DNA of 64,000 nt from Mobula hypostoma (taxonomy: Eukaryota): positions 178,624,001-178,688,000 of the forward strand of contig NC_086097.1 in the NCBI RefSeq assembly GCF_963921235.1. Direction: 5' to 3'. A program made the position numbers and the translations under genes. Positions 53,800 through 64,000 of this stretch are shown here, piece after piece. The notes below the pieces were generated by a model. The model was not told where the DNA came from, made no database searches, and worked only from the letters and a program-made list of their open reading frames with translations. The first letter of the stretch is position 1. Every line of letters begins with the position of its first letter.

Positions 53800-55149
53800 C
53801 AGCTGCTACAAGAGGGCAACAATCATACCAGTGCCCACGAAGAGCAGGGAGAGCTGCCTCAGTGATTATCACCCAAATGCACTGCGATGAAGCGCTTTGA
53901 GAGGTTGGTGATGGCCAGAATCAACTCCTGCCTAAGCAAGGACCTGAATCTGCTGCAATTTGCCTATTGCCACAAAAGGTCTACAGTGGGTACAATCTCA
54001 CTGGCTCTCCATTCGGCCTTGAATCGCCTGAACTATAGCAATATCTATATCAGGCTGCTGTTTACTGATTACAGCTCAGCATTCAACACAGTCATACCCT
54101 CAGTACTAATCATCAAACTCCAAAACCCGGGCCTCTGTACCTCCCTTTACAACTAGATCCTTTCCTCATCGGGAAACCAGTCATTGCAGATTGGAAATAA
54201 CATCTCCTCCTCCCAGACAATCAACACTGGTGCACCTCAAGGATGCCTGCCTAGCCCACTGCTCTGCTCTCTCTACACTCACAACTCTAGGCACAGCTCA
54301 AACGCCATCAAAAATTTGCCAGGGACTCAAATATTGTCGGCAGAATTTCAGATGGTAATGAGGAGGCGTACAGGAGTGAGATAGATCAGCTGGTTGAGTG
54401 GTGTCGCAACAACAACCTTGCACTTGATGTCAGTAGGACCAAGGAATGGATTGTGCACTTCATGAAGGGGAAGTCAAGGGAATAGACACTATTCCTCATC
54501 GAGGGATCAGTAGTGGAACGAGGGTGAGCAGTTTCAAGTTTCTGGGTATCAACATCTCTGAAGATCTATCCTGGGCCCAACGTATTGATGCAATTATAAA
54601 AAAGACATGACAATGGCTATATTTCATTAGGGGTTTGAGGAGACTTGGTATGTCACTGAAGACTCACACAAATTTCCACAGATGTACCATGAAGAGCATT
54701 CTAACTGGTTGCATCATCATCTGGTGTGGAGGGGTCACTGCACAGGACTGAAAAAAGTTGCAGTAAGTTGGAAACTCAGCCAGTTCCATCATGGGCACCA
54801 GCCTCCCCAGCATTGAGAACATCTTCAAACGGTGACGCCTCAAAAATGTGGCATCCATCATTCAGGACATGTCCTACCACCAAGGAGCCTGAAGACACAC
54901 ACTCAGCACTTTAGGAACAGCTTCTCTGAATGAATCCATGTAAATGAGCTCATGCTTTTCTTTCATTTTTTTGGTCTCTTTTTGCACGGCTTATTTAATT
55001 TAATTATATGCACACATATATATAAATATATACACACATATATTTCTTATTGTAATTTATTGTTTTCTATTATGTATTGCAATGTACTGCTGCCGCAAAA
55101 CAACAAATTTGCCGACATATGCCAATATTAAACTTGATTCTGATTCTGA
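53800..55149 (+). mobile_element. Degraded Rex1/Babar LINE
   Basis: Encodes MKRFERLVMARINSCL...LQFAY...RLLFTDYSSAFNTVIP and NTGAPQGCLPSPLL. The tail is (gattct)n. Confidence 0.88.
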
Positions 55150-55854
55150 AGTACCACCTATTTCAATCCTTTTTTCCAGTACCTGGTCTATAATCTTCTC
55201 TTCCATGAAGGTTCCTGAATCACTAAGAAGGGGTCTTCAGGCTCCTGTACCACCTCCTCAACGGTAGTAATGAAAAGAGAGCATGCCCTGAATAGTGAGG
55301 GTCCTTAACAATGGATGCAGCTATCCTGAGGCACTGCCTCTTAAAGATGTCCTTAAATAAGCCCTTGTCCTCGGTCAGTAATGTGAAAGGTGACTAGCTT
55401 CAAATCCCTGGGCTTCAGCATCTCAGAGGATCTATTCTGGGCCCAACTCATTAATGCAGTCATGAAGAAGGCACACTAGCACCTCTGTTTTGTCAGGAAT
55501 TTGAGGAGGTTTGGTATGTCTTGCAAATTTCTGTGGATGTACGGTGGAGTGCATTCTGACTGGTTATGTCACAGCCTGGTGTGGAGCCTCCAATGCCCAG
55601 GATCACAAGTGACTACACAGGGGTGTAGACTCAGTCAGCTATCAGTTCCTTGTTATTGCAGAAACTGAGTGCAAGGTTGTTCCTGTGACACTACTCAACC
55701 AGCCAGTCCAGTATCTCACAACTATATGCCTTCTCTGAGATTCTGCCAACAGCATTGGTGTTATTGGCAAACTTAGAGATGGCATTTGAGTTGTGCATAG
55801 CCAGATGGACATGAGTATAGAGAGAGTAGAACGGTGGGATAAGCATGCACCCTT

Positions 55855-56520
55855 AGAGTCATAGAGCACAGAAACAGGCCAAAATGTTAGTTCGCCTAGT
55901 CCCATTGACCTGCGCCTGAACCATAGCTCTCCATATCTTTCCCATCCATGTTCTTACATAAACTCTCTTAAATTATACAATTGAACCCACATCCACAACC
56001 TCTGCTGGCAGCTTGTTCCAACCTCCTACCACCCTCTGTGTCAAGAACTTTCCCTTCAGGCTCCCTTTAAATATTTCACCTTTAACCCAAAACTATAACC
56101 TCAATTTCTAGTCTCACCCAAGCTCAGGGGAAAACATGCACGTATTTACTCTATCAATACCCTTCATGATTCTGTATACCTCTATAAAACATCCCCTCAA
56201 TCTTAATCTATTTAACCCTTCCCTGTAACTCAGGTCCTTAAGTCCCAGCAACATCCTTGTAAAATTTCTCTGGCTCTTTTCAAGCTTTTTCATACCTTTC
56301 CTGTAGATAGGTGACCAGAACAGCACACAATACTCCAAATTCAGCCTCTTATACAATGTCAACGTACCAGGGCAACTCCTGTACTCAGTGCCCTGATTTA
56401 TGAAGGCCAATGTGCCAAAAGGTCTCTTTGCAGCCCTATCCGCCCGTGATGCCACTTTCAAGGAACTATCAATCCGTATTCCCAGATCCCTTTTCTCTAC
56501 CGCCCTCCTCAGTGCCCTAC
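55855..56520 (-). mobile_element. CR1 3' fragment
   Basis: Encodes RDLGIRIDSSLKVASRADRAAKRPFGTLAFINQGTEYRS...LEYCVLFWSP. Confidence 0.85.
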
Positions 56521-58534
56521 CTTGAGGTGCGTCTGTGTTGACTGTCAGCAAGGAGGCGATGTTATCACTGATCCACAGTGACTACCATTAATGTGCATTT
56601 GGAGAAACAGAGAAATAAATTGAACTACAGATGCTGGAATCTGAATCAAAGGCAGAAATGGTGGCAGATCTCAGCCAATCAGTTTCTGGTGATGGGTTGT
56701 GTCAGCCATGATTTGTACCTGACTGAGACTGAGCATGGGGACACATTAGCATTCACTCTGAACCCTGTTTTCAGCTGAACAGTCGGTGATCTGTCTGAAA
56801 CTGTAGCGAGGTAGTTTGCTTCATAACCTGCTGTTGGAAGACATGCATGAGTGATCTAGTCTGACTTGCACTCCATAATCCCTCCATGGTTTTCTCTCTG
56901 AAGGGGTGACTCTGGACTATGCACTGTGCTGCTTGGTGCCCTGCCCTCTCTCTGCTCAGGGACCAGACATGCAGAGTGACCAGCCCTGCTCTCTTACTGC
57001 TGATGGTGTCAGGTCAGACAAAGCAGTTTCTAGCTTGCATTAAGCTATTTGTATTTCTTTGCTGATGTGTCTGTTGGAAATATATTGGAATTTAAAATGT
57101 TTTAATTAGGACATTCACACAGAGGGAAACCTGGAGTTCCTCCAATAGTTAGTTTATTTTGCTCTGGAATCCAGTATCTGCAGTCTCCTGTGTCCTGGTC
57201 TGTAGGGTTAGACTGAGGTGTCTGTTCCATTTGGTCATTTGGTGCTTAAGAGTGCTTACCACCAGGCTCACATGTAGCTTTTATCCAGCTGTTAACACAC
57301 CCTTGAATGGGCCTTCTGTATGATAAACTCTTGATCTTGCAATCTACCTCGTCACTGTCATTGTCTGACTGCATTGTATTTCCTCTGTTATTGTAACATT
57401 ATGTTCTACATTTTATTTTCTTTTTTACTATCTCAATGTGCTTATGTATGGAATGATCAGTCTGGATGACACACAAAAGCTGAGGCTTTTTGCATGTAAT
57501 GTCAATAAACCATTTACCAATTAACAACATCCCCATATCTACTCTGACACCCCCCCCCCATGGATCTTATGTCTCAATAAGGTCATTCTTCATTCTTCTA
57601 AACTTCGATGAATACAGATCCAACCTCCCTTAATAGGACAATCCTCCCATCCCAGGAATAGACTTGGAGAGTCTCTTTTGAACTGCCTCAATGCTATTAC
57701 ATCCTTTTTTTAGGCAATTGGACCAAATCTCTACTCATGTTGTCACACGTACAGATGCTGTTTGTCTCCAAGCCCTGGTCTCACCCTGTGTCCTGGACGG
57801 GCAATGCCTCTCTGCAGCAGTCTTGTTTTCCCTTTCTTCTCTGGCCTTTCTCCCCGCCTTTCTATGCTTCTGTAATCTCCTCAGTCCCCTGGTGATGCCT
57901 CCATGCGCTCCCAAGCCTGCCTTCTTGATCCCCATCAAGGGTTGTGGAATTCCCTTGCTAACCGTCTTTTATCTGCCTCAACAGAAAACAGAAGTTGACA
58001 TTTCTTCAAAGCCACTTGGAACATTTTTCACAATTTGTTGTAGTTAAAAATCTCCTGCCCTACGTCATGTCTGTAGGATGTGCCTTGTATGTTAAATTTA
58101 TATTAATTTAAGTACTAACTTACTGTATTTATCATATTTGTAAGTACTGTGCTGCTGCTGCAATATACTGATTTTCGCAGTATTTATACCCTGTGTATTA
58201 TTTCCTGTGACAATAAACTTGAACTGGAATTGCTGCTATGTCAGTTTTCCTCCAAGAAGAGGCAGGTCACATTAAAGGCAATGGATCAGTGGCCACCAGC
58301 TGCAGTGTGCTGGGGCATGTGTGTGCGCAGGAATCTGAGTGAGCTTGGAATGAACATATGATGTTCATCCGACAAGCAAGACCAGCAGTGGGTGACCTTG
58401 AGTTGAGAGACATATTCATTCAGGGGAGCAGATGGGCCACAGGCCCCTTTAAACATAGAGGAGATCTATGAGACCATCCATTAAATGACAGGGCTGGAAA
58501 AAGTGGAGGTGAGTTCTCTACGTGGACATTAGGA

Positions 58535-59250
58535 ATTGAAATTGGATTTACTTTATAATTGTCACATGTACCAAGATACAGTAAAAAAACTAGTGTCTGC
58601 CTTACATCCTGACAGATCATTCCATAAAGAAGTATACTGATGTAAAAATGAAAATAAACTGCAGAATATGATGTCACAGTTACAGAGAAAGTGCAGTGCA
58701 GATAAAGTGCAAGGGCTACAGGAGGGAGACTGAAAAATCTTTCAGTGCATACGAGGTGCGTCCAAGAATCTGATAATAGTGGGAGGGAAGCTGTCCTTCA
58801 ATGTTATAGTAGGTGCTTTCACACTTTTGTATCTTCTGCCCAACAGAGAGAATGACTGGGGTGAGATGGGTCCTTGATTGTGCTGGCTGCTTTCCTGGGG
58901 CAGTGAGAAGTGTAGACGGAGTCGAGGGAGGGGAGGCTGGTTTCCATGATGTGCTGAGCTGTGTAAACCACGCTGCAGTTTGTTGCATTCACGGGCTGAG
59001 TCATGGCCATACCAAGCCGTGCTGCATCCAGGTAGAATGCTTCCAGTGTGCATTTGTAAAGATTGGTGAGTCGCTATGCCGAATTTCCTTAGGAAATTGA
59101 GACAATTTCCTTGGGAATTGAGACACTGGTGTGCTTTCTTGACCTTAGCATCCATGTGGCTGTACCAAGTCAAACTGTTGGTGATACTTGCACCGAGAAA
59201 CTTGAAGCTGTCAACCATCTCCACCTCAGCACCATTGACGCATATAGGCC
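58535..59250 (-). mobile_element. Rex1/Babar 3' fragment
   Basis: Encodes EMVDSFKFLGASITNSLTW...KKAHQCL and ASTIKDPSHPSH. Confidence 0.85.
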
Positions 59251-59645
59251 AGTGATCCTTCCCACTGGCTGATGTCAGTGTCCAACAAGAGTATGCTATT
59301 CTGCCTGTGAGTCTGCCCCACCACTTAATAAGGTTATGGCTGATTCGATTGTAACTTAATCTTTACCTGCCCAGATAACCTAGCAATCTATGACCCCTTG
59401 CTTGTAACTTTCTGTGTGCCTCTGTCTTTGTAGTATTCCACATTTTTGCCTTTTGAGGAAGAGAGTTCCAGAGGCTGTCTGCCTTAGTCAAATCAAGCAG
59501 AGTTTATTGTGATGTGCACAAGTACATGACGTATAGGTACAATGAAAAACTCGTTTGCAGCATCATCATAGGCACGTAGCTATCGACATCACACAGAACA
59601 TAAATTAGCATATGTTATACATAAATTATACAATCTTGTTTTGCG

Positions 59646-59877
59646 ATACAGCACAGTAACAGGCCCTTCTGGCCAAATGAGCCCGTGCTGACCAACTACA
59701 CCCTTGTGACCAGTTAACCTACTAACCCCTATGTCTTTGGAATGTGGGAGGAAACCAGAGCACCCAGAGGAAAACAGGGAGAACATACAAACTCCTCACA
59801 CACAGCAGCGGGAACTGTGCCCCGGTTGCTGGCGCTGTAATAGCGCTATGCTAATCGCTATGCCACCATGCTGCCCC
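59646..59877 (-). mobile_element. Near full-length V-SINE with a CR1-type tail
   Basis: The minus strand reads gggcagcatggtggcatagcgattagc..., then the V core, then ggccagaagggcctgttactgtgctgtat. Confidence 0.8.
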
Positions 59878-60539
59878 TGAGACGGTGAAAGATTTAAAAA
59901 AGCAAAACAGACACAATTAGAGATAAGTCTGCAATAGTGCAAAAGGTCCTGAGGTAGGGTTAGAGTTGTGCAAGTCAGATTAAGAACCTGACAGTTATAG
60001 GAAAGTAGCTGTTCCTAAAGCTTGTGGAGAGGGACTTCAAACTTCTGTACCTCCTGACTGATGGTAACATTGAGAAGAGGACATGGCCCAAATGGTAGAG
60101 TTGATGATAGATGCCACATTCTTGATGCTTCCTGTAGATCCTATCAATGGTGGGGAGGACAGCCCCTATTTTTGAATAGTGAACCCCTGGTCCTAGAGTC
60201 TCCCACAAAAGAAAACAGCCTCTCTAATTCTGCCCCATCAAGACCTTTCAGGATATTAAGTAGAGTCATTGTGAGGTACAGCATGGAAATAAGCCCTTCA
60301 GCCTACTGAGAACATACTGACCATCAACCATCTATCTGCATTAACCCTCTATTAATCCCATTTTTATTCTCCTCACGGACCAACTAACTCCCCACACTTA
60401 TACATTCTCGGGGCTTCCTACCACAGCCAATTAATTTACTGACCACACACCACTGTTCTCCATCTCCCCTCCCACCCTCTCCTTCTGCCTCTCTTGCTCT
60501 CATCCTCTCATCCTCTTTCACTCTCTCCCTCTCGCTCAA

Positions 60540-61250
60540 CTTTAAGTGTCATTCAATCATATCTGATTACCCATGAATACAGCCAAATTAAACAGGGTTA
60601 CTCCGAGGCCAAGGTGCAAAACATAGTACCAACAGTCATACACTACACAAGGCACATATAGCACATAAAAGATAGCAGTAAAATACAGTCACACAAAATA
60701 TATAGTCCAAGTCCCTGAGTCCACGAAACCTGCAGCAGTCTGCAGTCGAACACAATACAGCTTGTCTTCTGCCGAGCGAACAGTGGGGGGCAGCACTGAC
60801 TGCAGCGTGGACGCCGCGCCACACTGCATGCACTAGTGGAGACTCTGAAGCCTCCCCCTAGGCAGCTGCAAACAAGCGACACTGCCCTACAGTCTCCATG
60901 CTCACACCCGCCCCCCCCCATCATCAATAAACCAATGAAGTGGACTTGCAACATTCCACACCACCAACGTCCTACAGGGTCTTTCCATCATAAGAAAAGT
61001 GACTAAGATGATCTGTTTCTGTTAGACTGCACAACAACACATTGATGCCTCTCTGTCGCAGGAAGTATCACAGTCCACACCAAGTCCGGCTCTTCAGTTT
61101 CTCCGGCAATGAGCAACTCGCTGATGGGTTAGACCTGCAGTGCTTGAATTTCTTATTGTCCAGCAGGGCCTTGCGATCATAAAAAGAGACAATAACACCT
61201 TTGGTTTATCCTGTAGAAAATACTGCATCTGAGCACGCTGTCATCTTGCT
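60540..61250 (-). mobile_element. Putative non-autonomous LINE-derived element (5' UTR-like head and 3' tail, no ORF)
   Basis: The minus strand begins caagatgacagcg (close to the CAAGATGGCG LINE 5' motif) and ends in a Rex-like AT-rich tail (ttttgcaccttggcc...tgaatgacacttaaa). Confidence 0.45.
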
Positions 61251-61400
61251 CTCCCCCAACTCCTCTCTCCCTCTCTTCTCCCCTTCTCTCTCCTTCTCCC
61301 CTTCTCTCTCCTTCTCCCCTTCTCTCTCCTTCCATTCTCTCCCCCCCTCTCTCTCCCTCTCCCTGCCCCTCTCCCTCCCCCCTCCCCGCCCCTCCCACCT
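61250..61400. repeat. Polypyrimidine tract with an 18-bp unit (ccttctccccttctctct)
   Basis: Read directly from the sequence. Confidence 0.9.
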
Positions 61401-62439
61401 GCCTCTGCTGGGCACAACCGCAGTCTGTCCAAACATGCCTCATGAAACTTTTCACCCATTTCCTGGATCACGAAACCTGCCCTATCCATGGGTCCCACAT
61501 CTGCCTCATGAGCCAGGTCAGAGTCCCACTGAACAAGGGTGGATGCAAGTCACCCTCCATCCGGAGTGACCACCTCAGGAAAAGATGTGTGAACAGAACA
61601 CCCTCTAATTAGAGCACGTAGGCAGCAGACTGTGGATGAGTTCTAACAGTGGAATAAAGACCTTTTCAGAGATTTCGACAAGGATACCTCACGTTCTGAG
61701 GCAATGTGTGCAGGCTGTGCACAACTTCCATTGTCCCTGAAAAGAATAAATAATGCTAAACTGTTTATTTAAAATACTGAATGACTGGTTTTACTGGAGA
61801 AGAGGATCTTCCCTAAGGGGCCATGTGTGTATCGTATAGGAAACATCTGTTCGTTGAAGAGTTAAAAGTTAAATGAGATGTTATGCAGATTTAAATTTTT
61901 TAAATGCTTTGAAAGTGGCCTGCTAAGGTCAAACAAAAGGGCTAAAGTCTGTCGCGACTGGAAAATCCACCATCCTTTGCTTTCAAGTCGTGGCAGGGGG
62001 GATTAGAGGATTTTGTTACTGAGTGGCATTTGACACAGCTGCTAAGTTCTGGCTTGGAATCTCCCGGCCTCAATTCCAGCTGGCATTTCCCCTCCTCAGA
62101 CCCCCAGGGGCCCCTGTGTGAGGTCAAACCTACCGTGCAACGGGGCAGATCATTTTCTGGGAATCTGGGCAGGGTGCGTCCCCGGAGCCAACAATTCCCC
62201 TGCTGGACTGACTCTGCACATGTGGAGTTAGGCTGGGATTCTGTTTTTCCACATTGTGTGCTTTTGTCGGTGGCTTCCCGATCATCCCAGGGCTGCAGGA
62301 AATAACCCAGAGCAGTGACTCAACTCCCCAACGTTCTGAAGGCCAGGAATTCCAGCTTGCTCTCAAAACACAGTTCTACGGTTTCAGATGAGCAGTGATT
62401 CCAGCCTTCGATCTCACAGCTCCAGCACTCGAAAGGAAC

Positions 62440-62635
62440 ATGCACAAAATGCTGGAGGAGATTCGGCAAGTCAGGCAGCATCTATGGAGAGGGGTAGACA
62501 GTTGATGTTTTGGAGCAAGACTCTCCATCAGGACTCCCCTCCCCTCCATAGATGCTGCCTTACTTGCTGAGTTCATCCGGCATTTTGTGTGCGTTCCTGA
62601 AGATTTACAGCATCTGTAGAATCTCCTGTGTTTCT
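62440..62635. mobile_element. Inverted pair of Penelope terminal repeats
   Basis: gcacaaaatgctggaggagattcggcaagtcaggcagcatctatggagagggg pairs with cccctcccctccatagatgctgccttacttgctgagttcatccggcattttgtg. Confidence 0.85.
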
Positions 62636-63432
62636 GAATTCTAGCACTTTATATTTCACGAGGCCATAAGACATAGGAGCAGAATTGGGCCATTCAGCTG
62701 ATCAAGTATGCTTCACCTTTCAATTATGGCTGTTTTTTCCTCTTCTCTCAACCCCACTCCTCCACCTTCACCCCTTAACCCCAACCACCCCACCAGTCAA
62801 AAACCTATCAATCTCTGCCTCAAATAGCGACAGAGTCAGAGTCGTACATCACAGAGAGAGGTCCTTCGGCTCAACTGGTCCATAGAGACCAAGGCGTCTA
62901 TCTAAGCTAGTCCCACTATCCCTCCATCATCAGATTTCTGAACAGTCCATGAAGCCATGAACACTATCTCATTATTCTATTTTTTTGCACTATTTATCTA
63001 ATTTGTCATTTATAGTAATTTTATGTATTTGCTCTGTACGGCTACCACAAAACAAAAGAAAAATCATGTCATATTAGACAGTGATAATAAACCTGATTCT
63101 GATTCTGAAACCTTTCTATCCATGTACTTTTAAAAATGTTAATGTCTGGTACCTGCCTCATCCACCTCCTCTGGTATTATTTAAGAAGCACTTGGATAGG
63201 TACCTGGAGGAAACAATGCCATGGTAACAGGGGCTGGTTGGGCCGAAGGGCCTGTATTTGTGTTATACATTTTCCCAGTTCCAATGAAGGGTCACTGACA
63301 TTAAGTGTTCTTTTCTCTCCACTGATGCAGCTTGACTTTCTGAATGCTTCCACGTTGTTTTGTTGTTACACAATACAGACAAAATGCTGGAGGAACTCAG
63401 CAGGCCAGGCAGCATCTATGGAAAAGAGTAAA

Positions 63433-63470
63433 CAGTTGACATTTCAGACCAAGACCCTTCATCAGGACTG
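63433..63470 (-). ncRNA. Hammerhead ribozyme motif in a Penelope terminal repeat (about 63375-63475)
   Basis: The minus strand reads cagtc-CTGATGA-agggtcttggtct-GAAA-t-GTC-aactg. Confidence 0.6.
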
Positions 63471-64000
63471 GAGAATAAAGATCTCCTGTTTTGTTTTTAC
63501 CTCTGATTTCTGCCATCTGCACTATTTAGCATTTGGATTCCTCTGAACACAATTTTCCACATTAGAACATTGATTCCTTTATCCTACTCTCCTAGCACGG
63601 AACTGGGATTATCCACATCTGTTTTTATCATTGCTGTCTTTGGCTACCACCTCTATGATAGTAATCGTATGATTACTCACTGTGCCAATAAGTATATAGA
63701 GAGAAGAACCATGTTTCCTTATATCATGGAATAAGGCCTTTTGGCCCATCGAACCTACACTGGTTCACAGATCAATCCCAATCCCCAACAATTTCCCTGG
63801 TAGAAGTCAGCTGGTACGTTCCAGGCAAAATAGTCATAGTGAGTTCTGTCACTTAGTTTGGCACTGGTGGAAGGTTAGCTGATCTGGAGAATCTGGAACA
63901 GGCAAAGTAAATTGGGCAACTTGTTATTACTTTGCCTTATTGTCTCCCTGCACTGTACTTTCTTTGTAACTAACGGTATATTCTGCATTCTGTTATTGTT

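Noticed and set aside
59780..59877. tRNA gene
   Set aside because: The A/B-box-like motifs belong to a SINE head and there is no complete cloverleaf. The same applies to the other V-SINE copies.
61177..61569. Low-complexity ORFs rich in E/R/G or S/L/P
   Set aside because: They are translations of a CT/GA simple repeat.

Overview
This is repeat-dense eukaryotic genomic DNA, probably from a cartilaginous fish (shark or ray), inferred from the mix of CR1, Rex1/Babar, Penelope and V-SINE repeats. Almost every ORF in the six-frame track is a transposon remnant or its antisense shadow. Main elements: (1) a near-intact CR1 LINE ORF2 (21040-24086) with one TAG, nested in a composite hAT MITE; (2) a full-length but decayed IR/DR-type Tc1 DD34E transposon (16850-18467); (3) a Harbinger-like MITE; (4) long Rex1/Babar copies and one RTE fragment; (5) many V-SINEs; (6) many Penelope-like (GIY-YIG) 3' ends whose terminal repeats carry minimal type-I hammerhead ribozyme motifs, several arranged as short inverted pairs. 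Three phase-compatible candidate + strand exons (34 nt at 7024, 33 nt at 16105, terminal exon at 49131) lie between the repeats. They splice to ...PNHNVIRKERTDDFAKKMQDPVFLCLGSSESMDQSPGNS*, which suggests the 3' end of an unidentified large-intron gene. Several repeat-free islands may be conserved non-coding elements. No database searches were run, and fragment boundaries are approximate unless a TSD or TIR is quoted.
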